NCBI GenBank assembly: GCA_963728205.1
Contig: CAVSIV010000006.1
Span: forward strand, 256,001 to 320,000
Length of the DNA: 64,000 nt
Direction: 5' to 3'
DNA from: an uncultured Chloroflexia bacterium
GTDB lineage: Bacteria; Chloroflexota; Dehalococcoidia; UBA2979
Shown: positions 39,491 to 48,606 of the stretch, piece by piece
Layout of the letters: every line of letters starts with the position of its first letter
Numbering within the stretch: the stretch's first letter is position 1
Program-made: the position numbers and the translations under genes
Notes under the pieces: generated by a model
Seen by the model: only the letters and a program-made list of their open reading frames with translations
What the model was told of the DNA's origin: nothing
Databases searched by the model: none

Positions 39491-40563
39491 CAGGCGGCAC
39501 CCTTCACGGCGTCGATGCGCAGGCAGCGGGCGTCGTGCGTCGCGCTGAGCGCGCGCAGCGCGGGCAGGCCCGCCCAGCAGGCGTCCTCGGCGAGCGCGCA
39601 GCGCGGCGCGAAGGCGCAGCCGGGCGGGAGCTTCGCGAGATTGGGCGGCGAGCCGGGGATCGCCGCGGGGCGCTCGTGCTGGCCGGGCCGCACGTTCGCC
39701 TCGAGCAAGCCGCGCGTGTACGGGTGCCGCGGCGAGCGCACGATCTCCGCGACCGTCCCGCGCTCGACGATGCGCCCCGCGTACATCACGGCGACGTCGT
39801 CGGCGACCTGCGCCGCGACGGCGAGGTCGTGCGTGACGAAGATGATCCCCATGCCGAGCGCGGCGCGGAGGTCGCGCAGCAGCTCGAGCACGCGCGCCTG
39901 CACCGTGACGTCGAGCGCGGTCGTCGGCTCGTCGGCCAGCAGCAGGCTCGGGTTCGACACGAGCGCCATCGCGATCACGACGCGCTGGCGCATGCCGCCG
40001 GAGAGCTCGAACGGGTAGGCCTTGAGCCGGCGCGCGGGCGACGGGATCTGCACCAGCTCGAGCGCCTCGAGCGCGCGCTGCGCCGCGTCGGCCTTCGAGA
40101 CCCGGTGGTGCCGGCGGATCGTCTCGACCAGCTGCTGCTCGACCGTGAACACCGGGTCGAGCGCCGTCATCGGGTCCTGGAACACCATCGAGATCCGCGA
40201 GCCGCGGACGCCCTCGCGCTCGCGCGGGCTCATCGCGATCAGGTCGCGGCCCTGCAGCACCGCGCGGCCGGAGATGCGCGCGGAGTGCGGTTGGATGCCG
40301 AGCAGCGTGCGCAGCATCGCGCTCTTGCCGGAGCCGGACTCGCCGAGGACCGCCAGCACGCGCCCGGCCGGCAGCGTGAAGGAGACGTCGTTCACGGCCG
40401 TGAGCCAGCCCTGCTTCGTGCGGAACGCGGTGCGCAGGTCGGTGACCGCGAGCAGGGGCGTCGTGCCGTCCGGCACCGTGCTCCCGTCGGCACCGCTCGC
40501 GGGACGGGGCGATCGCGTCGTGCGCTGCGTGTCCTGCAGTGCGTCGTTCAGCGCCAGCGCCAC
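39490..40563 (-). CDS. Oligopeptide/dipeptide ABC ATPase (DppD/OppD-like)
   Basis: GESGSGKS, LSGGMRQR, ADEPTTALD, HPYTRGLL. Confidence 0.93.
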   Translation of the reverse strand: MALALNDALQDTQRTTRSPRPASGADGSTVPDGTTPLLAVTDLRTAFRTKQGWLTAVNDVSFTLPAGRVLAVLGESGSGKSAMLRTLLGIQPHSARISGRAVLQGRDLIAMSPREREGVRGSRISMVFQDPMTALDPVFTVEQQLVETIRRHHRVSKADAAQRALEALELVQIPSPARRLKAYPFELSGGMRQRVVIAMALVSNPSLLLADEPTTALDVTVQARVLELLRDLRAALGMGIIFVTHDLAVAAQVADDVAVMYAGRIVERGTVAEIVRSPRHPYTRGLLEANVRPGQHERPAAIPGSPPNLAKLPPGCAFAPRCALAEDACWAGLPALRALSATHDARCLRIDAVKGAA

Positions 40564-40628
40564 GGCTGCCTCCTCACTGGTGCGCGTCGGCTCCGGCGGC
40601 CGCGCGTGGGGTTCGAGTGGTGCCGGTC

Positions 40629-40726
40629 ACGCTAGGCAGCTCGAATGTCGCCGCCGTGAATCGACCGTGAAGGTTGGATGACGCCGCGGCTGCGCCGTCG
40701 TTTCAGCGCGACTGCGTGGGCGTTGC
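40629..40726 (-). promoter_or_regulatory. GlnR-like 11-bp periodic box array plus -10 (promoter 2, dppD operon)
   Basis: Minus-strand pentamers GCAAC(40726), GCAGT, GAAAC, GCAGC, GTCAT, TTCAC, TTCAC, GACAT(40649); TAGCGT starting at 40634. Confidence 0.75.
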
Positions 40727-40740
40727 GCGGGGCCCCGCGC

Positions 40741-40838
40741 GAAACCGGGTCGAGAGCGGCCGGTAACGCGGCGGAGACGGAGCCGTCACGCGCACTTCAC
40801 GGGCGCGACACGTCGCGGCAAATCCCGCTGCCTAGTGT
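40741..40838 (+). promoter_or_regulatory. GlnR-like 11-bp periodic box array plus -10 (promoter 3, dppA)
   Basis: GAAAC, GAGAG, GTAAC, GAGAC, GTCAC, TTCAC, GACAC, GCAAA at 11-nt spacing from 40741; TAGTGT at 40833. Confidence 0.8.
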
Positions 40839-40890
40839 TCGCGACTCAACCAGACAGCCCGCACGCGCGGGCCCGGACGGAGGGTTACTG

Positions 40891-42570
40891 GTGACGAGAA
40901 CGAGGTGGCAACGTCCGCTCGCCGCGCTGGCCGGAGTGCTCGTCGCGCTCGCGCTGGTCGCGTGCGGGTCGGGCACGGCGACGACCGGCGGGAGCGCGAC
41001 CGCCGGCGCCGCGAGCGGCGCGACCGGCGCCGCGTCGTCCGCCACGCCCGACACGAGCGGGTCGGGCGGCACGCTCCGCATCGGCATGACGGCCGGCAAC
41101 ATCCCGATCCCGAACACGCCGCCGGACCAGGGCTACGAGGGTCGCCGCTTCGTCGGCAACCAGATCTACGACGCCCTCTTCAACTGGGACGACGGCCAGG
41201 GCGATCACGTCCCGACCGCGATCCCCGGCCTCGCCGAGTCGTACACGATGTCCGACGACCAGTTGACGTGGACCTTCAAGCTCCGCCCGAACGTGAAGTT
41301 CCACGACGGCACGCCGTTCAACGCCGACGCCGTCGTCTTCGAGTACCAGCGGCTGACCGACAAGAGCTTCCAGTACTACGACGCCACGAACGCTGCGCAG
41401 AACAGCAGCAGCTTCGCGTTCATCGACTCGATCGCCAAGGTCGACGACATGACGGTCGCGGTGCAGACGAAGACGGTCTACGCGTTCCTGCCCTACGACC
41501 TCGCCTTCCTCTACATCCCGAGCCCCACGGCGATCCAGAAGTACGGCAACAAGGACTACGCCGCGCACGCGACCGGCACCGGCCCGTTCGTGATGTCGAA
41601 GTACGTCGACGGGCAGGTGATGGAGTTGACGGCGAACCCCGACTACTGGGGCGGCAGGCCGAAGCTGGACAAGGTGGTGCTATACCCGATGCCCGAGCCG
41701 GCGACGCGGCTCGCCGCGCTGCAGTCGGGTGACATCGACTGGGCCGAGCTGCCGCCGCCCGACTCGGTGGAGCAGCTGAAGGCCGCGGGCGACCAGGTGT
41801 TCCTGAAGGAATACCCGCACACGATCATCTACGTGCTGAACACTCAGAACGGGCCGCTGAAGGACGTGCGCGTCCGCCAGGCGCTCGAGTACGCGGCCGA
41901 CCGCCAGGGCGCGGCGACGCTGATCAACAACGTCGGCTATCCGGCGACCCAGTACATGTACAAGGGCAACCCCTGGTACGACGACGCGTGGGCGGGCTAC
42001 ACGTACGACCCGGCGAAGGCGAAGCAGCTGCTCGCCGAGGCCGGCTACCCGAACGGCGGCATCCACCTGAAGATGGCGTACCCGACGGGCGGCTCCGGCA
42101 ACATGTTCCCGGATCCGATGAACGCGAAGCTCAAGCAGGACCTCGCGGCCGTCGGCGTCACCGTCGACCTCGTGCCGATGGAGTGGAACAACATCATCTC
42201 GGGCTACCGCGCCGGCCTGAACGACCCCGCGTGGAAGCAGTACGACATGATGTACTTCTCGGTCGCGCCGGTCTCACCGACGACGTGGAAGGGCTTCACC
42301 AGCGCCGGCCTGCCGCCCACCGGCTGCTGCAACCCCGCGGACTACCAGAACGACCAGGTCGACAAGCTGTACGCCGAGGCGATGCAGACCTTCGACGTGG
42401 CCAAGCAGAACGAGCTGTTGAAGGAGCTGCAGACGACGGCGATGAAGGACGCGCCGGTGCTGGTCACGATCCACGACCTCAACCTGCGCGTGCTGTCGCC
42501 GAAGGTGCAGGGCTTCGTGCAGCCGCAATCGTGGTTCGTGGACCTGACGCAGGTGTGGATGAAGAGGTAG
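40891..42570 (+). CDS. ABC substrate-binding lipoprotein (family 5, DppA-like)
   Basis: Lipobox LVAC; PGLAESY, FKLRPNVKFHDGTPFNA, GTGPF, YDPAKAKQLLAEAG. Confidence 0.95.
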   Translation: MTRTRWQRPLAALAGVLVALALVACGSGTATTGGSATAGAASGATGAASSATPDTSGSGGTLRIGMTAGNIPIPNTPPDQGYEGRRFVGNQIYDALFNWDDGQGDHVPTAIPGLAESYTMSDDQLTWTFKLRPNVKFHDGTPFNADAVVFEYQRLTDKSFQYYDATNAAQNSSSFAFIDSIAKVDDMTVAVQTKTVYAFLPYDLAFLYIPSPTAIQKYGNKDYAAHATGTGPFVMSKYVDGQVMELTANPDYWGGRPKLDKVVLYPMPEPATRLAALQSGDIDWAELPPPDSVEQLKAAGDQVFLKEYPHTIIYVLNTQNGPLKDVRVRQALEYAADRQGAATLINNVGYPATQYMYKGNPWYDDAWAGYTYDPAKAKQLLAEAGYPNGGIHLKMAYPTGGSGNMFPDPMNAKLKQDLAAVGVTVDLVPMEWNNIISGYRAGLNDPAWKQYDMMYFSVAPVSPTTWKGFTSAGLPPTGCCNPADYQNDQVDKLYAEAMQTFDVAKQNELLKELQTTAMKDAPVLVTIHDLNLRVLSPKVQGFVQPQSWFVDLTQVWMKR

Positions 42571-42653
42571 AGCCGGCGCGCAGCGCCGACCGCCGGCGAA
42601 CCGCCGGGATAGCCCCGGCGGCTCGCCGTCCTGACCAAGTGCCGGGCAGGTCC

Positions 42654-42740
42654 GTGGTTCGACTGCGCTCACCACGAACGGGTACGACTGGCCGCGAGTA
42701 GCTGCCGCCGGATCCGTTCGTGGCGAGCGCAGTCGACCAC
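42654..42740. repeat. Family C long inverted repeat (MITE/REP-like)
   Basis: GTGGTTCGACTGCGCTCACCACGAACGG (42654-42681) paired with CCGTTCGTGGCGAGCGCAGTCGACCAC (42714-42740). Confidence 0.75.
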
Positions 42741-42814
42741 ACGCCCCCGGGGCGAGCCGCGCGGGTAAGCCGGGCGGCTCGCCGGGGCCCGACGAGCCGC
42801 TCATACTGGGCGCG

Positions 42815-43747
42815 ATGACGCTGCCACTCACACGGGACGACGCTCCCCTCCTCGAGGCCGATGCGCTGGTGAAGCGCTACGGCTCGACAATCGCCCTCGA
42901 CGGCGTGTCGTTCGTCGTCCCCGACGGGGTGACCGGGCTGCTCGGCGCGAACGGGGCCGGCAAGAGCACGTCGCTCAAGATCTTCCTCGGGCTGCTCGGT
43001 CCGACCAGCGGGCAGGCGCGCTTCCGCGGCATCGACGTCGCGTCGACGCCGCGCGTGCGCGAGCGCATCGGCTACATGCCCGAGCACGACTGCCTGCCCG
43101 ACCATGTGAACGCCGCCGACTTCCTCGCCTACCTCGCGCAGGTGAGCGGACTGCCGCCGGCCGAGTCGCGCACGCGCGCCGCCGACATGCTGCGGCACGT
43201 CGGGCTCGACGAGGAGCGCTACCGCCCGATCGGCACGTACTCCACCGGCATGAAGCAGCGCGTGAAGCTCGCGCAGGCGCTCGTGCACGACCCCCTGCTC
43301 GCGCTGCTCGACGAGCCGACCGCCGGCCTCGACCCGATGGGCCGGCAGGAAATGCTCGAGCTGGTGCGGCGCACGGCACAGGCGTTTTCGATCTCGATGG
43401 TGATCTCGTCGCACCTGATGGGGGACATCGAGCGGACGTGCGAGCGCGTGATCGTGCTCGAGGGCGGCCGGCTGCTGCGCACCGGCACCGTCGCGTCGCT
43501 GACCACGGACACGGAGACGCTCGAGGTGCGAGTGACCGAGGGCCAGGACGCGCTCGTGGCGGAGCTGCTCCGGCGCGGACTCGAGCCGCGCACCGACGAC
43601 GGTGCGCTCGTGATCGACCGCCTGACGCCGGAGGGTTACGACGCGCTGCGCGACGCGCTGGTCGCGTCGAACGCGCTGCTGTACTCGATGGCGCCGCGTC
43701 AGCACTCGCTGACCGAGATGTTCCGGCGGCCGGAGGGGGTCGCGTGA
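42815..43747 (+). CDS. ABC-2 type exporter ATP-binding protein
   Basis: GANGAGKST, YSTGMKQR, LDEPTAGLD. Confidence 0.93.
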   Translation: MTLPLTRDDAPLLEADALVKRYGSTIALDGVSFVVPDGVTGLLGANGAGKSTSLKIFLGLLGPTSGQARFRGIDVASTPRVRERIGYMPEHDCLPDHVNAADFLAYLAQVSGLPPAESRTRAADMLRHVGLDEERYRPIGTYSTGMKQRVKLAQALVHDPLLALLDEPTAGLDPMGRQEMLELVRRTAQAFSISMVISSHLMGDIERTCERVIVLEGGRLLRTGTVASLTTDTETLEVRVTEGQDALVAELLRRGLEPRTDDGALVIDRLTPEGYDALRDALVASNALLYSMAPRQHSLTEMFRRPEGVA

Positions 43748-43766
43748 TCCGCCTGCGCCGCGTGGC

Positions 43767-43918
43767 AAGCGGCGGCAGACACGCCGCCGATATCGCGGGC
43801 GGCGAAGCCGCCCGGAGCGCTCGCGGCACCCGCGCGCGGGGCGCCGGTGCCGCGAGCGCGGCCCGGCTGAGCGGCGCCGCCGCCGCCGGTCGCATCGGCG
43901 GCGTGCCTGCCGCCGCTT
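43767..43918. repeat. REP-like family A inverted pair inside the exporter operon
   Basis: Copies at 43767-43790 (+) and 43895-43918 (-). Confidence 0.8.
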
Positions 43919-43943
43919 GCCTCGGGGCCACGGGGTGCGCGCG

Positions 43944-44843
43944 GTGACCACCGAGCCCGCCGCCCGCCAGGGCGAGGTCTACGACCTCGGCTACCAGCGC
44001 TACCTCGGCCAGCGCGAGGGGGCCGCGCGCGCGCGCCGCGCCATGGCGCGCGACGCCGCGCGGAGCGCTCTCGGGCTGGGGCGCAGCACCGCGGCGAAGA
44101 TCCTCCCGTTCGCGATCGTGGCGATCACTCTCTTCCCCGCCGTGATCGTGATGGTGATCGCCGGCTTCGTCGCGTCGTTCGGCGGCGACGTCCAGCAGTT
44201 CGCCGACAGCATCTCGGGCCTGAGCAACCGCGAGTACTACTCGTTCGCGTTCGTCGGCGTGATGCTGTTCGCCGCCACGCTCGGGCCGGAGATGCTTTGC
44301 CCGGACCGGCGCAGCGGCGTGCTCGTGCTCTACCTCGTGCGGCCGATCACCGCGCTCGACTACGTCGGCGCGCGCGCCGCGGGTTTCTTCGCGGTGATGA
44401 CGGGCATCCTGTGGCTGCCGCAGCTGCTCGTGTTCGGGACGCTCGTGCTCGTCGCCGCGTCGCCCTTCGACTACGCGCGGCACCATCTCGACGTGTTGCC
44501 GCGCGCCGGCGCGTCGGGCCTGGTGATCGCGGCGTTCTTCACGGCGCTGGCGTTCGCGGTGTCGTCGCTCACCGAGCGGCGCGCGTACGCGGCGGCGAGC
44601 ATCCTCGGCGTGCTGCTGATCACGTCGGCGGTGTCCGGGATCGCGTCCAACCTCGTCGGCGGGCGCGTCGGCGACGCGATCGTGCTGCTCGACGTCGCCA
44701 ACGGGCTGCTGCGCGTCAACGACGCGATCTTCGGCGCGCTCGACGCGCCGCTGTCGTGGGCGGCCTATGCCGGCGCCGAGGCCGTCGCGTTCACGCTCCT
44801 CGTCACCGTCACGTGGTGGCGCTACCGGAGCCCGTCGCTATGA
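43944..44843 (+). CDS. ABC-2 permease
   Basis: VYDLGYQRY, DRRSGVLVLYLVRPI; multi-TM. Confidence 0.88.
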   Translation: MTTEPAARQGEVYDLGYQRYLGQREGAARARRAMARDAARSALGLGRSTAAKILPFAIVAITLFPAVIVMVIAGFVASFGGDVQQFADSISGLSNREYYSFAFVGVMLFAATLGPEMLCPDRRSGVLVLYLVRPITALDYVGARAAGFFAVMTGILWLPQLLVFGTLVLVAASPFDYARHHLDVLPRAGASGLVIAAFFTALAFAVSSLTERRAYAAASILGVLLITSAVSGIASNLVGGRVGDAIVLLDVANGLLRVNDAIFGALDAPLSWAAYAGAEAVAFTLLVTVTWWRYRSPSL

Positions 44844-45826
44844 GCGCGCCGACCGGGATCGGCCCGGGCATGGGCGCGGACGCCGAGGGCGGCCGGACCG
44901 CCGGCGCGACGCCGACGATCGTCGTCGAGCACGTCTCGCGCTGGTTCGGCAGCGTCGTGGCGGTGAACGACGTCTCGTTCGAGATCGCGCCCGGCGTGAC
45001 CGGGCTGCTCGGCCCGAACGGCGCCGGCAAGACGACGCTCCTGCGCATGGTCGCGGGCCTGTCGCGGCCGTCCGAGGGCGTGATCCGCGTGCTGGACCAG
45101 CCCGTGCGCAGCAACCCGGGGCTCTATCGCGATGTCGGCGTGATGCCCGAGCACGAAGGCGTCTACCAGCCGCTCACCGGCCGCCAGTTCGTGGAGCTCA
45201 ACGCGCGCCTGCAGCGGCTGCCCGACGTGCGCGGCGCCGCGCAGCGCGCGATCGACCAGGTCGGCATGGGCGCCGCCGCCGACCGCGCGCTCGGCGGCTA
45301 CTCGCGCGGCATGCGGCAGCGCATGCGCCTCGCCGCCACGCTCGTCCACGACCCCCAGGTGCTGCTGCTCGACGAGCCGCTGTCGGGCACCGACCCTCGC
45401 CAGCGCCTCGAGTTCATGGACCTCGTCGCGGAGCTCGCCGCCGCCGGGCGCACGATCGTGCTGTCGTCGCACATCCTCGAGGAGGTGGAGGCGATGGCGA
45501 GCCGCGTGCTGCTGATGGTCGGCGGCAAGCTCGCCGCGTCGGGCGACTTCCGCGCCATCCGCGCGCTGCTCAACGAGCGGCCGTACCTCGTGCGCATCGA
45601 CTGCTCCGACGCGCGCGCGCTCGCCGCCGGGCTCGTCGCCGAGCCCGAGGTGCAGTCGATCGCGGTGGAGGGCACCGCGACGCTGCGCGTGCTCTCCGGC
45701 GACGTCCGCGCGCTCCAGCGCGCCGTCCCGCGCGCGGCACAGAAGCAGGGCGTGCGGCTGACGCGCGTGCAGCCGCTCGACGACACGCTCGAGAGCGTGT
45801 TCGAGTACCTCGCGGAGCGCCGCTGA
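44840..45826 (+). CDS. ABC-2 type exporter ATP-binding protein
   Basis: GPNGAGKTT, YSRGMRQR, LDEPLSGTDP; ATGA overlap. Confidence 0.93.
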   Translation: MSAPTGIGPGMGADAEGGRTAGATPTIVVEHVSRWFGSVVAVNDVSFEIAPGVTGLLGPNGAGKTTLLRMVAGLSRPSEGVIRVLDQPVRSNPGLYRDVGVMPEHEGVYQPLTGRQFVELNARLQRLPDVRGAAQRAIDQVGMGAAADRALGGYSRGMRQRMRLAATLVHDPQVLLLDEPLSGTDPRQRLEFMDLVAELAAAGRTIVLSSHILEEVEAMASRVLLMVGGKLAASGDFRAIRALLNERPYLVRIDCSDARALAAGLVAEPEVQSIAVEGTATLRVLSGDVRALQRAVPRAAQKQGVRLTRVQPLDDTLESVFEYLAERR

Positions 45827-46542
45827 TGGGCGCGATCTTCGGGCTGTCGCTGCGCATGCTGATCCGGAGGCGGCGGTTCCTCGCGGTCGTCGCGCTGGCG
45901 GCGGTGCCGCTGGTGCTCGCGCTCGTCTTCGTCCTCTCGCGCGACCCCGGCAAGCCGTCGGCGCTCGAGTTCCTCGACAGCGTGACGTCGCTCACGATCA
46001 CGATCGTGCTGCCGCTTGCGGTGCTGCTGCTGGCGACCGCGGCGTTCGGCGACGAGGTCGACGACCGCACGCTCGTGTACCTCGTGCTGAAGCCGATCCC
46101 GCGCTGGACCATCGCGGCGCCGAAGTTCGCGGCGGCGTTCCTGGTGTCGGGGGCGCTGGTCGGCGGGACGGCGGTGGTCAGCGCCGTGGCGATCGCGCAC
46201 GACGCCGGCGAGGCCGCTGCGCTGCTCGCCGGCGTGCTGGTGGGAGCAGCCGGCTATGCGGCGCTGTTCACCTGGGGCGGGCTGGCGATCCGCAACGCGC
46301 TCGCGGTCGGGCTCGTCTACGTCTTCCTGTGGGAGGCGTCGCTGAGCGGGCTGTTCTCGGGCATCCGCTTCCTCTCGATCCGGCAGTACGCGCTGGGCAC
46401 GGTGCACGGCATCGACGCGTCGCAGCTGGCGCGGTCGAACATCGAGCTGGGGCTGTCGCAGGCCCTCGTCGGGCTGGTCGTCGTGCTCGCGCTGTTCGGC
46501 TGGCTCACCGTGCGCCGGCTGCGGCTGATGGACGTGCCCTAA
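45826..46542 (+). CDS. ABC-2 permease
   Basis: FGDEVDDRTLVYLVLKPIPR; multi-TM; TGATG coupling. Confidence 0.88.
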   Translation: MGAIFGLSLRMLIRRRRFLAVVALAAVPLVLALVFVLSRDPGKPSALEFLDSVTSLTITIVLPLAVLLLATAAFGDEVDDRTLVYLVLKPIPRWTIAAPKFAAAFLVSGALVGGTAVVSAVAIAHDAGEAAALLAGVLVGAAGYAALFTWGGLAIRNALAVGLVYVFLWEASLSGLFSGIRFLSIRQYALGTVHGIDASQLARSNIELGLSQALVGLVVVLALFGWLTVRRLRLMDVP

Positions 46543-46906
46543 GCGGCGGCAGAGATGCCGCCGACGGTGCGGTGGCACCAGCCGCCGATCCCGAGCGCGC
46601 GGCGGGCTTCAGGCCCGCCGTGGATCGCGGCCACCTGCGGGCGCGTGAGGCGGCCACCTCCGAGCGCGAGAGGCGGCCACTGCACACGGCGGTCGCCATG
46701 TCCCGGGGGCGCCCTGCGTTCATGAACGTCAAAGCGGCGGCAGACATGCCGCCGACAGAAGCGCGGCGCCAGCCGCGGACTGCGTCCGCGTCCCGTCGGC
46801 GGCATGTCTGCCGCCGCTTTGACGTTCGACGAGGTCTGAGACCTGCCGCGCGCCGGTCGGCGGCTGGAGCCGCCGGGTCACATCGGCGGCGTGCCTGCCG
46901 CCGCTT
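46541..46906. repeat. Cluster of four REP-like family A copies, including a perfect 33-bp inverted repeat
   Basis: Copies at 46541-46564 (+), 46732-46755 (+), 46796-46819 (-), 46883-46906 (-); IR 46724-46756 / 46795-46827. Confidence 0.85.
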
Positions 46907-46929
46907 GCGCCGGGGAGTCGACCCGTTGG

Positions 46930-48132
46930 CTACCCGAACACCTCCGCGGCGGCGAGCTCGGCAATCTCGCCCTCGGTGAAGCCGTAGTCGGTCAGCGCCG
47001 CGTGCGTGTGCTCGCCGACCGCGGGCGCCACGCCCCGCGCACGGACGTCGGCGCCCTGGATGCGGAACGGCGCGGCAATCACCGTGTACGACTCGCCGCC
47101 CAGCCGCGCGACCCGCTCGAAGAAGCCCTGCTCGCGCAGGTCCGGGTCGCGCGCGACCTCGAACGGGGTCGCGATCGGCGCCCAGATACAGCCGGCGGCG
47201 TCGAGCCGCTCGTGCCAGTGCGCGAGGTCGTGCGCGCGGAACAGCTCCTCGATCTCGGGCTGGAGCGCGGGGCCGTGCTCGCGCATCGCGGCCGTCGTCG
47301 TGTAACGCGCGTCGTCCGCCCACTCGGGGCGCTCGAGCGCCGCGCACAGCCGCGACCAGTAGCGCTCGGGCAGCGGCATCGTGAGCTGCAGCCAGCGGCC
47401 GTCGCGCGTCTCGTACGAGTTGCGCGTGAGCAGCCAGTGCGTCGGGCGGTGCTGGCGCTCGAAGTCCCACTCGTCGCGGTTGAGCGCCTGCTGCATGTCG
47501 GCGGCGATCGCCCACACGCCCGTGCGCATCAGCGAGACGTCGACGAGCTGCGGCGCGCCGTCGCGGTCGCGCAGGCGCATCGCCGCGAGCACGGCGGCGA
47601 GCAGGTTGAGCGCGGCGAGGTGATCGCCCTGCCCGGGCCGCGACTGCACCGGCGGGCCGGTCCGTTCACCGAGCAGCGACATCGCGCCGGTGCGCGCGAA
47701 GAAGGCGGTGCTGTCGAAGCCGGGCCGGTCGGCGTCGACGCCGTCGGGCCCGTAGCCGGTGAGCATGCCCATCACGATGCGCGGCGCCGCGGCGGCGACC
47801 GCGTCGAACGTGAGGCCGAAGCGCTGCAGGCGGCCGGGCGTGAGGTTCGTCAGCAGCACGTCGGCCTGCGCGCACATGCGCAGGAGGACGTCGCGCGCGC
47901 CCGGGCGATCGAGGTCGAGCGTCATCGAGCGCTTGCCGCGGTTGTCGACGGCGAAGGCGTAGCTGATGGGATCGCCCTCGCGCACGGTGCGGTGGCCGCG
48001 GTAGACGTCGCCGTCGGGCGGCTCGACCTTGAGGACGTCGGCGCCCATGTCGGCCATCAGCGCCGCGCACGCCGGGGCGGCGAGGAAGTTCGCGAGCTCG
48101 ATCACGCGCACGCCTGCGAGCGGTCCGGCCAT
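46930..48132 (-). CDS. Family III (CaiB/BaiF) CoA-transferase
   Basis: GPLAGVRVIEL, GADVLKVEPP, NRGKRS, GQGDH (catalytic Asp), GEHT. Confidence 0.93.
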   Translation of the reverse strand: MAGPLAGVRVIELANFLAAPACAALMADMGADVLKVEPPDGDVYRGHRTVREGDPISYAFAVDNRGKRSMTLDLDRPGARDVLLRMCAQADVLLTNLTPGRLQRFGLTFDAVAAAAPRIVMGMLTGYGPDGVDADRPGFDSTAFFARTGAMSLLGERTGPPVQSRPGQGDHLAALNLLAAVLAAMRLRDRDGAPQLVDVSLMRTGVWAIAADMQQALNRDEWDFERQHRPTHWLLTRNSYETRDGRWLQLTMPLPERYWSRLCAALERPEWADDARYTTTAAMREHGPALQPEIEELFRAHDLAHWHERLDAAGCIWAPIATPFEVARDPDLREQGFFERVARLGGESYTVIAAPFRIQGADVRARGVAPAVGEHTHAALTDYGFTEGEIAELAAAEVFG

Positions 48133-48204
48133 GGGGCACCTCCCGGAACGAATGCGGCCGATGGTAGCGGGCCACGCCGGACGTGACGGAATCCGCAATC
48201 GCCT

Positions 48205-48550
48205 CGTCAAGCGGCGGCAGCATGCCGCCGATGCCGACGCGGCCGCCGGGCCGCGAGCCGGGTCGTCGCGAGCCGCATCGCGAGCCGCATCGCGGCCACA
48301 TCGCGAGCCGCATCGCGAGCCGCATCGCGGCCACATCGCGAGCCGCGTCGTCGCGAGCCGCATCGCGCGCCGCACCGCGCGCCGCATCGCGGCCCGCATC
48401 GCGGCCCGCATCGCGAGCCGCGTCGCGAGCCGCACCGCGAGCCGCATCGCGAGCCGGGTCGTCGCGAACCGCATCGCGAGCCGCATCACGAGCCGGGTCG
48501 TCGCGCGCCGCATCGCGGCCACATCGGCGGCATGCTGCCGCCGCCTGACG
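48205..48550. repeat. 29-bp terminal IRs (family A REP) enclosing about 22 tandem 11-15 bp units, consensus CATCGCGAGCCG
   Basis: IRs 48205-48233 / 48522-48550 with one mismatch; array 48249-48521. Confidence 0.9.
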
Positions 48551-48606
48551 GGGCGGTGGACGGCGTGACGGGCGCGGCCCCGCGGAAGCGTCCTATCATC
48601 CGCGCC

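Noticed and set aside
48249-48521. CRISPR array
   Set aside because: Units are 11-15 bp and contiguous with no unique spacers; no cas genes in the window.
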